DNA of 62,859 nt, filler included, from Choristocarpus tenellus KU-1152 (lineage: Eukaryota > Protista > Phaeophyceae), in assembly GCA_964200185.2 (NCBI GenBank). It is 8 parts of 8 records of this genome, joined end to end, with 100 filler letters (N's around TTAATTAATTAA, not from the genome) between each part and the next. Parts side by side here need not be neighbours in the genome. Positions count along the whole stretch, not along the records: positions 13,029 to 17,963 come from CAXNAD020012471.1; positions 18,064 to 21,799 come from CAXNAD020018232.1; positions 21,900 to 33,964 come from CAXNAD020002002.1; 5 more parts are not named here. The stretch is one strand, 5' to 3'. Both the position numbers and the translations under genes were made by a program. This document shows, piece after piece, positions 12,929-26,421 of the stretch. How positions within the stretch are numbered: position 1 is the stretch's first letter; every line of letters begins with the position of its first letter. Below the pieces are notes generated by a model that saw only the letters and a program-made list of their open reading frames with translations, had not been told where the DNA came from and did no database searches.

Positions 12929-13028
12929 NNNNNNNNNNNNNNNNNNNNNNNNNNNNNNNNNNNNNNNNNNNNTTAATTAATTAANNNNNNNNNNNNNNNN
13001 NNNNNNNNNNNNNNNNNNNNNNNNNNNN
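12929..13028. other. Artificial 100-bp linker 44N-TTAATTAATTAA-44N (also 17964-18063, 21800-21899, 33965-34064, 38203-38302, 47061-47160, 50169-50268; 10-N gap at 40361-40370)
   Basis: Seven identical spacers; TTAATTAATTAA puts stop codons in all six frames. Confidence 0.97.
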
Positions 13029-16000
13029 CCTTGCACCCCCTGCCCCGGCCACTGCACCATCCCAATCCAAGGGGCCTCCAGCGTTTCCCAGTCGTGGCCC
13101 ACGCAGAGTCTGGAACACACGTGCAAGGTGCCTGTATGCTGCAGGAAGGCGTTTGGATCTAGCCTCCTTGCGGGTATGTCGTGCGAATCTAACATTCCTT
13201 GCCACTGACAGATCCTTTCAAAGCCCCCCGAGACAGGAGAGGGAAAAGGTGGGCAAGAGAGAGACTCAGAACAATCCAACAAACATTGTTCTAGCTACTC
13301 GAGGGCTGAAATTTCCATCCGGCTAGCAAAATTTCAAGATTGTCTGTTGGGTGGAGTTTCTCCCTGTTCGTTGTGAGGTGGTACATGGTTTCACACAAGT
13401 CTATGACAACAGTTAATCAATATGAACCATTTTGCGGCCTGTAAATCAGTACAGCAGATATCTAAATAGGACACACATATTCATGTAAGGTCTTCTTGAA
13501 AATACTTCCATAAGGTGAAATATGGGACTGACAGTGTCTACACCAGGCACTATTAGAGCAACAGTGTGCAGCCCATCTTGAGCATATCAAACAACCTGTG
13601 AAGCACCAATGGATATTGCAGTCACACACTCCGAAAAGAGTCAAAATGTACCTTTTAACCTTCCCAAAAGCAATGGGATATTGGAACTGCAGATACACCC
13701 GCTACACCCCCCATTACTCTGACAATCCCTTTTGCCTCACACACAAAAAGGGGAAGACAATGTCAATAGCATCATGCCCTTCTGATGCTGCTGTTCTTTC
13801 CCATTAAAACTATTATTATTACTACATTGAGAGATACATAAAACATGCTGTAAATAATTGTGGGGTAAATGGATATATACATGTATGCATGGATTTTTCA
13901 ACACAACAATCACTATTGCACAATTATTGAAAATATCATAAGAGCTTCCCATTATGGATGCAAGATTCACACCTGACACATTGCCCAACTTGCACCAAGC
14001 AGTTGCAGCAGCTCTGATCTCGCCTCAAGGAAAGAGCGTTGGAAAGAGAATGCCTCCGCATACACCCTAGGAACAGGGTCATCAAAATAAGAAGAAATCC
14101 CTGAATCCGACCAAGACTGCTTCCCACCACCTGGTGGTAGGAGAAGGGCCAGACCCTCAACTGCAAGCCTCATTTCATGAGAAGCACAAGCATGTGCAGC
14201 AACCTAGAGTGAGGGTGGGGGGGTGGGCAGGACATGAAACAGAAGAGAGGACAATAAATAAACAATAGGATTCGAGATAATGGTACAGGAAGAGGGAGGG
14301 GGAGAGAGAGAGAGAGAGAGAGCACTTGGCACTGTTATACACAACTGTGATGTGGTTCGTCTGACTCCAGTCAGAAGAGAAAAAGGCAAAATGAAGTACT
14401 TTCTGAAACAACCTAGAACAATAAATGGAGTATTGTACATAGGACTCCAATACTTGCAGTATCATAACCATCAAAAACAGGTAGCATCCCATGGAAACAA
14501 TGACTTCACCCTATGCATGGCATTGGTACCACCCAGCAAGGTGGCACATTGACCATTGTCAAGGCCCTCAGGACTTAGTATAGTGTGTCATGCCACTCAC
14601 AGCTTCCAATGTAAGTAGTGATATGTAAGTAGTGAGTTGGTACGAGAGCAGACATATTGACAGGTTTGTTCCCCCCTGGCCTTCCATCCCCATTGGACGT
14701 CACTTGAAACAGAACTACCCATCACCCATCACAAGAGACATACCAAGGGAAGAGCATGTTTGTGTTTTCCAGTTCTGTCTTAGAGGTATGATAATGCTGT
14801 ATCACATCAACTTCGCAAATCTAACACACAAAGTCCATAAAATACAACACACACTTGAGTACTACTTTACCTATTTGCTGTACTGGCATATACAATCCAG
14901 CAAGCCATTCCCAAGTACTCCCACAAGTCAAAATGACAGACTTCACCATCTCTTACAATACTCTGCATCAAACCCAGCTCCATTTACCAGGTCCCCATGC
15001 ACTCCCACATCCCCCTTATCCCTCCGCCTTACTACCCCTAACAAAAACCAACACCCCGCACAAAAACATACTATAATAAATACTAATACCACTCAAACAC
15101 ATCACTTCCTACTGCTGCTACCATACAACAAGGATCACCAAATCGTTTCCCTCCCCATCATTCCCCTTACACACCTGGTCTGAGGATCTGCTGTAGAACA
15201 TCTCTGCTGCTGCCACCCTCACCAGGACCCCTGTCCATGCCCAAACCTGTGGTCCAGCCCCAGCCCCAACCCCCCGAAGTTGAACCAGCCCTACCACAGC
15301 AGGCCGGTAGAACCCATGCAACATTGCCTCACGGCACAATACAAATTGGAACCAAGGGTCCTGTACAAGCTTACCCTTGCCATCCCCACTGCTGTCACCT
15401 CCCATGACCAGGGAGAGCTTGTTGGAGAGCTGCGCCTGGTCAGCTGTGGTTCCCTGGTGGTAGCGCATGAGAGCCACGGCCAATGCAACTGCGGCCTAAC
15501 ACATTGAGAAACAAAATAAGTGGGGGAACACATCGGTATGTGGAGTGCTGGGACAAAAAGAGCCAGAGGCTACTAGGTAGGTACACAATAAAAAAGGGTC
15601 GACCCCAGTAACCTTCAATACCTACAGCTCCGGGTTAATGAGCAGCCTTGGATTAGCTGCAGCACACTAACAACAATGTTAGCACCAATGCGAACACACC
15701 AGAGCCCCCACAAACCACCCTTTACACAAACCTGTGGATTAGCCTCAGCAAACCGACATCCAAACAGCATCTGCCACATGTTGTCGGCACTAGAATCAGC
15801 AGAGGTAATGTCAGCCTCTGAGGAAAATTGCCTCCCCTTCACCTCACCAGTCTCCTCGTTCAACACAGTGCTGTCATCACCAACATTCACCCCTTCCGTA
15901 CCTACATCAAAACTATCAAAACTATCCCCAGGAACTACCAAACCCTCCTTGGTCTCCTCCTGCCCCCCCCCTCCCCCATCATCACCACTGTTGCTGTTAT

Positions 16001-17963
16001 TGTTTATACCCTCCGCAGTCAGTGTCCTTGTCCGTGAGACATGGGACAATAACACAGCCAGCTGTGTAGCCACAGCAGAGTTTGGGGGAAGCCTCGCCAG
16101 CCCTTCTACAGCTCTTGCCATCACTACACGGCGTGAACCTGGGTGGGCAGCTGCAAGTGCACGAAGGAGAGGCAAGGTCTGCTTCAACATACGGAAACAA
16201 CCCCTACTGCCAGTAGACCTGTTGCACACACCTGATTCCAAAGTCATGCTTACAGCTTGACTGCCATTGCCCCCCAACAACCAGAGGCGAACTGCATCCG
16301 ACATGAAAAACGCCTTCGCAGCAGACTCCGCCACACAAAACAGCTCCTCCAACCTCTCTCCCTCCCCTTCCCATCTACCATCACGGTTGATTGCCGCATC
16401 ATTGCCACCACTCTCTTCGCTCCCCATATTTTCACTCTGTATCCATACCTCCCTGAAAACTGCAAGGGCGTAACGTGCCAACACACAGGTGGCACCAAGT
16501 ACAACGGATACGCTGGCTCCATCCCTGCCACCCGAGTACACCACAAAGGACTCAATCCACCCAACAACTTGCCTCAGTGCGTCACGGGCCGATACCCCCC
16601 TCAACCCTGCTCCTGTGGCCGCTCTCGCTGCTGCCCCAACAACAGTTGCAGCACCCAATACACCCAGCAAGTCAAGTGTAATGTGCTCATCCTCAGTACC
16701 TTCAAGGGCAGCCAACAAGTCCAGCAGAACCCCCCCCCTTCCACCGCAAGGCAGAGACCCAGAAGAAGTCACGGCCGCTGCCACTCCATGCACAACCGTT
16801 GCCACCTCAGCCTTCGCATCAACCACTGGCAAGCCCCTGCCTTCCTCATCTTTGGAAACCCTCCCGCTTGCGCTGCTGCCGCCAACAATGTCCTCGTTCT
16901 CAACTTTGATCAAACCAGAGACCAAGTCTGCCACCATGGCAAGGAGCACGGGGTTCCTACCCCCAAGATATCCAAGCATGAGGTTGAGTTGGTTAGCAGG
17001 CTGGAAGTGGGACTTGACCTGCTGCCCCTCCCTATTTGCCACGATGCACTGGCGTGCAAAGCCCAAGGACAGTTCTTTCATGGACCACCACACCACTGTC
17101 GATGCAGGATCCTCCCTGAGCTGTGTTGTTATTGGGAGTATGGCATTTTCAAACAGAGGAGGCAGAGAGGGGTTAATTGCTTCTACAATTGAAAGGCCTT
17201 GATAGTGGTGATTCTTTCAGGGGTGTGGGACTGAGGTACAAAAGCGGTAGGGGAGGGTAGGGAGAATTACGCTATGTACTGAGGGCTTTGAGATAAACTC
17301 GGGACACAACACTAAAACAGTAGTGATGATATCAAACTAAATGTACTGTAGTGATATGGTATCAAACTAAATATACTATAGTGATAAGATATCAAACTAA
17401 ACAAGTACTGCCCATTTGAACCATTAGGAGTGTACCTAACCCAAACCCTAGAAAATAAAAAGTAAAGACAAAATCTACAATGATGCCATACACCCCATGC
17501 CTTGATAAAGAATCGATTGACAAAACAAGGTAAATCTCAAAACAGGTATACGCAGGTAAATCCAATACCAGTACAGTTGCTTCACTTCTCCCATCCAGAC
17601 CATGCACATAGACACCCAACACGAATCACTTGCATAACACTCCTTCATTACAACAAATCTGTCAACACAGATTTTCTCCTTACCAGTGGCAGCAGCGTAT
17701 TGAACAACCTGGACACATCCTCGCCCATTGCCCGCTGCTGAAACTCCACCCCTGTCCCCACCCCTATCCCCTTCCCCCCCACAGCCCTTAACCTGGTTGG
17801 GCTCAGGATATCAACACCTCTCGTGGCAGCAGCACCACCCCTACCACCAGGAGGAGCGGCTGCAATGACCTTGCCCCCCATGACCTCCCTGCTAGCCCCC
17901 CTTGTCGTTTGAATGTTAGATTCACCCCCCAGGACCCTCTCCCCCATCCCCTTCACTCGTCGC
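13029..17963 (-). CDS. Multi-exon gene fragment, Integrator complex subunit 7-like helical-repeat protein (partial; 3' exon path uncertain)
   Basis: Large exon about 17197-15730 (TTQLREDPASTVVWWSMKEL), exon about 15495-15175 (DPWFQFVLCREAMLHGFYRPA...WAWTGVLVRVAAAE) and exon about 14160-13973 (EGLALL...FSFQRSFLEARSELLQLL). Motif order matches my recollection of INTS7 (LxxDPRxxV; WxxYxIARxAxxxGxH..WLxxL....AE; FQxxFxxLRxxxL). Confidence 0.5.
17319..17408. repeat. About 30-bp tandem repeat, 3 copies, intronic
   Basis: TAGTGAT..GATATCAAACTAAATRTACT units. Confidence 0.8.
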
Positions 17964-18205
17964 NNNNNNNNNNNNNNNNNNNNNNNNNNNNNNNNNNNNN
18001 NNNNNNNTTAATTAATTAANNNNNNNNNNNNNNNNNNNNNNNNNNNNNNNNNNNNNNNNNNNNCCCCCCACCCCACCCCACCCCACTCGCTTGCCCGTTG
18101 CCCATTGCCCGTTGCCCGTTTCCCCGATGACCTTTATACATTGATGTCTCCCGCCCCTTGTTTCCCCATCACCCTCATCCCCTTACTACTTTTTTCAAAA
18201 CAACA

Positions 18206-18719
18206 GAGCAAGGAGAAGGATTTTGTAGCAGATATTGAGGCGGACATTGCCCGTATCGCTGCAGTTGGTGGGAAAAAAGGACTCACAGAACTCGAGCAGA
18301 ACCTCCGCAGCGCGCTTGGCAAACTCGAGATGGAAAAAAATAAAAAGACCAAGAAGGAGGCCGCTCCCACTGTCACAGACGTTCCCAACAACAGCATTGC
18401 GAGGGAAGTGGAAGACAGAGAGGTTAAGATTGAGGGGAGTCCGACAGGTGAAGGGGCAACCCCAATCGTCGCTGATGTGTTGAAGCCAGAGTCAGCGCCA
18501 GGTCGGCCATTGGTGGAAAATGAAGGACAAGCGCCAAGTGGTGGTGACGATGATGCCTTGCTGAGATCATTCGGAATGAGTGTGGCTAGACAACCTGATC
18601 CTTCTGGTGGTGTTGGAGTTGAAGAAGGGAGTGGGGTAGATGGGAATGGGGAACCAGGAGCAGGAGATGAAGAAGAGGAAGCAAAGAGGCTCAGGGGTTT
18701 CGGACAGAGCCGGGCATGA
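18206..18719 (+). CDS. Probable terminal exon of an unknown protein (coiled coil plus acidic/Gly-rich tail)
   Basis: Pyrimidine tract and ACAACAG acceptor at 18205, then 170 open codons (SKEKDFVADIEADIARI...GFGQSRA*). Confidence 0.6.
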
Positions 18720-21700
18720 TTGAGATGGGCTTGTCGTCGTGTGAAGAGTGAGTTAATTGTGTGTGGGTTTTTGGGCTCACATTACAACTTGACTGTGCCT
18801 GGTGGTAAGCATGGTGTGCACTCCACACATGAATGACCTTCGGGTTCCTACCTTGTTGGATAAGTTTCATTCATGCTAATGCAGAGGATCTGTGGATTGT
18901 TACATACATTGCCGACTTCTACAGGTATGTAATGTAGTTCATCTGTCAGTTAACATTAGCGTTGACCTTGTCAAGGACACAATTCACATACACACAGCGC
19001 AATACTCCCCAGTGATGCGAGCTTCGAAGTGAAGATAGTGAAGATTCGATCTGTCGTTTCAGAAGATGGTATAGAATGTTGATATTTGTTCTTGACATAC
19101 CTAATACACTTCATTGGTTCAGTAGTATATACAGTGGTTATTTGAGTATCACAAAAAAGGGTAAGGTTAGTGTCTTTTTTGAATTTAGGGTTGTTAGAGT
19201 GCACAGAGATAAAGGAAAATATTATACAATTGCTTTTAAAATCCTCAGTGTGGTTGTGAGAGCACCCACGGATGCTTACACTTCCATATGAAGACATGTC
19301 AGGAGGGCTACACTATCAACACCCTTTTTGTACCCATCTTCAAATGCTCTCCACTCTCCAGTTACAACATTAGCCCAATCCTACTATTAATATATAGTTG
19401 TCCTCACAGTTGGCTTCATTAGTTAAAATGACAAGAACTGGACCATAATTGGACAGTGTTAAGAGATGTGAAGCAATTGCCCTGGTGATGTCCACATGAC
19501 CTGAAAAATAGGTGGCAGTTGGAACAAAGTTCAATTCCCAACTCAAGCCCATTTTCAATGGAGTTACCTTCGGGGTAGTTAAGCACTCTGAACATAAGCA
19601 GAAGAGGAATAGAGCTGAAGTATCCTTGAGAGGGGGGCTGGTGTAGACCGCCCCCCGCCCCCCAGATACTTTGGGTCTTTGCTACCTTGAGTTGAGGCAA
19701 GGCAGTTTCAGGCTAAAGTGGAGATAAAAATATACAACAGCAGTCCCTGGTCAAGCTTGCACATGTGATTCTTAGCAAGATGAAAAGAAACAGGTGCTAT
19801 TTCAGTATTCATATTAGATCATAGGCAGCATACATTATCAGTATACTGATTCAAGAGAGCACCCTCATTACCAAACATTCTAACCTGTAGCAGCATTCCA
19901 TTGGAGCCAACAAAAAGGACTGGGAAACTACCTTAGTTTACGTACAACCTATATTCCTGGGCATCTCTCTGACCTTTTCCTGTTTCAATCTCATCACGGC
20001 ATAAGCAGGAATCAATCCAACTTCAACTGCATCAATCAACTAATCAGTCCTTGAAGGAAGAGAGTCAGAATTGATAGCTCATACAGCACATAACTCCAGC
20101 CAGTAACAAAATCGAGAAAAACACAAAATACATTCAACCTCCAAAAATTGTTCACAGAAGGACAGAGCGCAATGTGGGGGAGGCGTCACTGAATGAGCAA
20201 TTTACAAACGCCTATTTAGCAGGCTACTCCGAGATCCACTATCCTTTTCGCTGTTGCACTCAACACTCAACACTCAGCAAAGCACTCACTCTATGCAGCA
20301 AACCTCTCCCCAGCAAGTCTTCTAAACCTCACAAAGACAACTCGCTCAACTGGATCAAAGAAGCACGCTACCACATGCATCACTGTGCTTAGGCTATTCC
20401 TGCTCTGAACACTGCAAAGATGTGCCCTCCTAGTCCAAGCCTTGCATGGCTGTGGAGGGGTAAACTGACCCACAGGATGAATCATCTCAACATTCCAGGA
20501 GTGGGGGATAGGTGAAGGTATACCTTTCAAGCAACAGAAAAAGACTCAATTATCCCACTGAGCCAATACCAACAGGGCAAAATTGCCCCGAAAACACCTA
20601 CACACCCCACTCCTCAACTTCGGGCTTGTCTGGTGAGCTGCAATCGTGACTACACAGTCGCTCCACACAAATCAGCAGCAGAAGCATACAAGTCCGTGAA
20701 AGGCTCTTTTTCGAGAGATTCTCTCATCCTTCATGGTGCAAACAGGTTGAACAAGCAAATGAAAGCATGGGGCATAACGGGTCAAACGTTATCATCAATC
20801 TACATGTGTAACAAATACAGTGTGAACAACGGGTCAAACGTTATCATCAATCTACATGTGTAAGAAATACAGTGTGAACAACACCATCCAACGAGAAACA
20901 CAGGCTCTATGTAAGAATGTCACTTACGGATGCGTGGACTTCGTGGGCACGACCAAAATCTATTCAATCTCCGGAAAAAGCGTGTTCAGCCCCGTCGAGA
21001 TGAAGAGACCCCTTACAACCCCTCCCCCCCCCCCCCTTACGTGCGATCCTTCAGAGAGGCGTCGGCATCAAACCTTTAAGCACTTGACATCCCCTCGGGG
21101 TGAGCAACCTCCACTCTGCCAGCCCAACACTACATCCTCCAAAACTCTCAACCAACAATCAGTAATTCACATTTTCGAGTTGCTTTGTGAGTTACGTAAC
21201 AATGCACAGGTCGTTTGTTGCTCATAATCTCGAAACAGGCTCAGGGATGTGACATACTTGTTGATCGCCCTGTCGTGCAATTGCCCCACGTACTGCCGAG
21301 TGATCCCCATGATCACAGCAAGCTGAGCTGTGGTTTTGATTGGCTGGCCGAACAAACCGTATCTATGCAGAACCTGAGGTTCGAACATAATTTATTTTTT
21401 TTTTAAACAGTTCAAAGAAACGGACCAGATGTTTGAGAGGGCAAGACAATAAAAAGAATAGAAAGAATGTACCTCTTCAAGCAAGCATGCATCGCAAGGG
21501 CTTTGAACTAGTAAATTGGTCACCATGCTCAATTTCATATATTTCACTCAATACTATCTAGTATTGGTTCGATGGGGGAACAGCGCTGACACCCACAGCA
21601 GAGCAAATGCTACCTCCCAAGAACTAGAGACCTGACAAAGTCGAGCAGCAGCATATGCCTTGCAGCACATCATCAAGTCGTACGAATCAGAACTCCAACA

Positions 21701-21940
21701 CTGAATCAAAAAAAAAAAAAAAAAGGAGTGGGGCGGGGGGGGGGGGGGGACCCCCCCCGCCCCCGGGTGGCAAAAAAAAAAAAAAAAAAAAAAAAAGAAN
21801 NNNNNNNNNNNNNNNNNNNNNNNNNNNNNNNNNNNNNNNNNNNTTAATTAATTAANNNNNNNNNNNNNNNNNNNNNNNNNNNNNNNNNNNNNNNNNNNNA
21901 AAAAGGTGAAAAAAGCACAAACATATCCCACAAAAAAACG

Positions 21941-22125
21941 GGCTAAAGGTATGGGGGGGGGGGGGGGGGGGGGGTTCTACACCGGGGTGTCCATTCGGGC
22001 CCTGACCACAAGAAGTGAACTTAGATTATCCATCCAAACACATGCAACCAAATCACCTAAAAATCGCGACATAGAAAATTTGGCCTCAAATGGACACCCG
22101 CCACCCTCCCCAGATACTTTGAGTC
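21941..22125 (+). mobile_element. MITE family A (about 175-185 bp; TIR GRCYCAAAGTATCTG plus G-tract). Other copies or fragments: 1-21, 19612-19677, 33869-33964, 38022-38202, 39901-40077, 46983-47060, 50104-50168, 50269-50290, 55053-55232, 62787-62859
   Basis: Shared TIRs and internal core TCTACACCAGGGTGTCCATT...AAAATCGCGACATG...AATGGAC; non-coding. Confidence 0.92.
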
Positions 22126-23331
22126 ACACGAAATTAGTGAGTGTGCATAACAATCAGTTGCGGAACCTTACTTTTTAGGTACTTGAAAATATTATCATTT
22201 TGGCGAGTGTGAAGGACTATCACGCTCACAAAAAATCTCAAGAAGGTATATTTTGAGTCGTTTTTTGCAACAACAGTGAGAACGGGTACATATTATGCCA
22301 AAAAAAAGTTGCCTAGGTAATGGAGGGATGAAGTCGTATTGTAGATTTAGAGATCTATGTGTTTATATGTCGAAGGTAGTCATGTTCACCTGTCAGACTG
22401 TATCATCTACGAGATCTTCTGTTGTGATTGGTGTTAGGGTTGTGCTTCATGGATTGCTGGCATTGACATTTCCAACAGGGTCTACTCTTCACATGGAACT
22501 AGATGGTGACCCACATTCACACACTGATACGTCCCGTGGGAAGATTTTATTTGGCCGAGTACACATATCATCACGGTTAGTGATGTATTCTACATGTGAA
22601 TGTACTTGATGTCACTGTTCTTCTGGATGGTGTTGATAGAAACAATATTTTAATCACTGGGGGAAGCACAAGAAATTCAAGTGCCTCCATGAAATATGTA
22701 TGTACTTTAATTATTTCATACCCGATATAGTGTCAATAACACATACTTCCAGCTCTTGACCTGTCGCGAGGTCCATACTCTGTGTCCAACGCACATGTCA
22801 TCATTTTCAACAACTCAGGAAAGGGGACTTAGGATGTGACTGAAGCTCATTCACTCTTCTTATATTCACCTTCAGGGATTCTTCTGGTCCGATCAAACCA
22901 TTATACAGTGTCGATAATGGTTTTGGTGGTTACAAGATGAGTTTGCTTCATGCTTACATCGTCCACCTTCCTTTGTAACAACGTAGCTAACGCTGGAGGT
23001 CTCCCTGGTTACGCATCAGGTGAACAAATGATCCATGTATCAAATGTCAGACTTCTAGAGTGTCGCTTCTTCCTTACTACACAATCAACCTGCACATTAT
23101 TATATAATTAACTGCGAAAAATACCAATTTCAACGACCTTGCGTCAACGACACATATACGAGGATGAAGACATCACAACAATTTTACCGATGCAACATAC
23201 CGTCACTTATTTAATCTTTAATATCATTTTACAAACATGTTTTTATTATTATGCCCTCTGACACATACATTCAATCATATAAAAACAATGAATATTTTTT
23301 ACAATATACACATACACTTTATATACACATA

Positions 23332-23397
23332 TGTATATAGTTTTCATTGGTTTTCCCCTGACACATCTGCAAAATGTCAGAGGGCATAATAATATAA
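23332..23397 (+). mobile_element. RLE-LINE 3'-end stub with 12-bp TSD (other stubs: 23243-23265 minus; 26031-26079 with 13-bp TSD; about 48395-48455)
   Basis: TTTTCATTGGTTTTCCCCTGACACATCTGCAAAATGTCAGAGGGCATAATAAT matches the 3' end of the LINE at 43433-43487. TSD TATATACACATA at 23320-23331 and 23398-23409; TSD ATGTATAAATTAT at 26018-26030 and 26080-26092. Confidence 0.85.
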
Positions 23398-23428
23398 TAT
23401 ATACACATACATAAAGGTACGCTCATTA

Positions 23429-23608
23429 TTAGTATATGCTAGACTCAACATTCACATCTGATTCAAAACCATGCCCGCTGACATCTTCCAGATAGACGTT
23501 GTCATGCACCGAACGGAACCACTGTCTTAGCCGCTGATACACTAGGATATCCTTGTCTGTTTCCTTCACAGGAGATTCCTTGGCATACACCACCAACAAA
23601 ACAAAGAC
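23429..23608 (-). other. Possible orphan terminal exon or pseudo-exon
   Basis: TTTTATAG acceptor then VFVLLVVYAKESPVKETDKDILVYQRLRQWFRSVHDNVYLEDVSGHGFESDVNVESSIY*; no partner exon or motif identified. Confidence 0.25.
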
Positions 23609-24823
23609 CTATAAAAACGAAGTTAGGAAACAAATACCACTTACTCTATTGTATTCTACCCAGTATATTCTGTACTAGAGCAGTATTCCATAGTCATACA
23701 ATAGTAGTTAGTAGTAGTTCCATGTATGTAGATCATCATCCAAAACCTCTCTTCTACCAAACAAAGACAAGGTTGACCGATTTTAATATTCTTGCTTTGA
23801 AGTTCACAAATATTGTATGATGGAGAATGGGTATAAGAAATACTATAATCTCCTTTGTCTCTTCTAGAGTAGTTATTCTCACCCAAATTCAAAATTGCGT
23901 CTTTTTAGAGACGTATAAACTCCATCAATTTGGGAATTTAATATTCTACTTCTTGAACGCATTCTGCTCTTGTTGATAGGGTATAGGTATATATACACCT
24001 TCGGTGATTATTATGGATGTAAACTCCTGATGTCAAGTTTATAGCCTTAACCCCAAACTCTTCTCACAGAATCTGTCTTCTATTTTTTAATATACGTTCC
24101 AATCATACATCCTATCTATTAAAAGTACTACTATTATATCTCAAAAACGATCGAGTTCCAATAATGGGGTGACAAGGGTTCATTGTTGTGGGACGTGGAG
24201 GTTGGTTGAGACCAAGATTCGAGGGAGGTAACGGTACGATAAATATCGGGTTGTCACTGAAATCGAATGCACGAGAAGGAAGGCATACCGCGAATGGAGG
24301 CAGCACATTATATCTAGTCGAGGTACAAAGGTTAGTATTACATAGATCAGGTAGTTGATATGAGAAGTGGTGCAGTTTGTAGTGACTCCGACCAAGCGTT
24401 GCAGAGGAGTCCCTTGGGTAAAAATTGAAGAATACATATATAGAGAGAGAGCGAGAGAGAGGGCCTGAAGGTAGGTGTAAGTGATAGTTGTTATTGTTGT
24501 CAGGGTTTATCACCCTGACCTGTCGACATAGAGGAACTACGCACACTGCAGCAGTTCTCATACTACTATAATATATTTTTATCACTACTATTATATACAT
24601 ATATATGTAGTACATCAAATTGAACTGCCTCCACTCATGCCTTGCTTCTTTTATCATCGCCCTTTTGGTTCAGTTACTCCACTCCTCATCCCCCACCTCC
24701 TCCCTCAAATCTTGTACTGGACCCACCTTGGGGCATCCTTTTGCATTGAACCTGTGCCACCTCGTTCTTGGTTTACTCACCGTTTGGGTATATATAATAT
24801 ATATTAACTATTACATCAACGCC

Positions 24824-25080
24824 GAGTCAAGGCAATTGAGAGGTAGGCAGGTTTGGACTCTATTTCATTGTAAGCCATCTTTCTTACCCTGTAAAATACA
24901 CTCTTTCATTGCTTTATGTTCACAACAGTGTACGCAAAATCGATATCCCCCCTTTCCACACAAAAATTGACACCACAATTCACGAAAGGCTCTTTCTGTA
25001 ATTCCACAAAGTGGTATATTTTTGCCCTTTCTCAAGATCCTTAATATGCAACTCTGCCTACCTCTCACTTCGTTCGAATC
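24824..25080 (+). mobile_element. MITE family C (about 257 bp; TIR GAGYCAA..CAAYTGAGAGGTAGGCAG); second copy inverted at 30303-30559
   Basis: GAGAGGTAGGCAG...CTGCCTACCTC inverted ends in both copies; interiors align in reverse complement. Confidence 0.85.
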
Positions 25081-26421
25081 ATCTCTAATAATTTCTTTAA
25101 TCTGGGAGTTGGTACCCATTTTGACCCTTCCTACCCTAGCCCTAACCAGTGTTAAAACACACTATACACACTCCAGAATACGATTCATTAACTGGTGATG
25201 TTGCACTGTAACTAATTGATTTCTCTTTTGGTGTCTCTCGTAATCCTCTTGTACTGGGTTAATACCCATAGTAAGATTTATTACTCCCCCCTTCTATTGA
25301 AACCTAGTGTCACTACGATTCAGATTGTATACTTACATCATTATTTTGATTTATAGACGCCCAGGTTTAGGTTTCCGTTGTGGTTTGGGTATCTTGGACG
25401 TGGTTCGAACCTGCATATTCTTTTGAGAGGACAGAGAATTTGGTTGGTTGATTTATTGATTGATTAATTAATTGTGATATTCGGTTAGTGGGTCATACTA
25501 GCAACATTGATAGAAGGAACACAAAATATTATCGAATCAACAATATATAGATTACTAACCCTGTACATTTATATATACATTTATGTATGCTCTTTCTGTG
25601 TAGTATTGTCAATGAGAAGTGATAAGGTAATTAGGCGATGTTCCGTTATGTAGTAGATAATACTAAAAGCGCGATATGAGATCGCTAGGTTCTGAAAATA
25701 CGAACATTTAGTATTGACAAGTTTGATTTTAGGCACCTATTCTTGTCCCTTCCATGATTATTATATCTACGACAAGAGTAGTTATTTTCATGTTGTTTTG
25801 GTCTTGTTTTTCAACCTCACACATTTACAAATGTTACACATCTAAATATATATATATGATTACAAAATGTCACTGAGCATGACATTTTTTAATATATTTT
25901 TATGGTTCTGGTAGAATTTTTCTTGTCACTGTGCAGTTGTTATTTATATTCTTGATTGATTATTTGATTAATGCTGCCAATATTAACTCTTCATTTGTAA
26001 TGTGTAGGTTATGGATGATGTATAAATTATATATGACAGATCTGCAAAATGTCAGAGGGCATAATAATAAATAAGATAAATGTATAAATTATTGTAGGTG
26101 ATGGTACATTGACTCTTCCACTCCAATTTTCTATTTTATACATAATAATAGTTTCAAAGGCTCCAAACCTTCTTACAACCTCCTATTTTTGTCGTACAAA
26201 GCTTGTAGTAGTTCCGTTGTAAGAACTTGTTCTATCGATCCTTGTCAACGTTTTCCTTGCATTCTCGCCACTGATTAATTTCCAAAGTAATACTATTTTT
26301 GGAGGGTTTGAAATTTATATATTTCGGTTCGCAAGACCTGAGTGTTCGTCATTCTCCCGCAGATCCCCCAATGGCTGCACCCTGTACAGGGGGACGGGGA
26401 TGGTGATCATTAATCACATTC

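Noticed and set aside
12973-12984. Recurrent TTAATTAATTAA palindrome
   Set aside because: Always centred in 44N+44N; an artificial six-frame-stop linker.
15676-17202. Long plus-strand ORFs (194, 311 and 237 aa)
   Set aside because: Antisense shadows of the GC-rich minus-strand exon.
20170-21400. Possible decayed LINE or Fanzor/recombinase ORF
   Set aside because: Only a weak LHTPLLNFGL hint among many stops; no RT, RuvC or tyrosine-recombinase motif recognised.
21700-21799. Poly-A/G/C low-complexity runs (also 12846-12928)
   Set aside because: Contig-end homopolymer noise.
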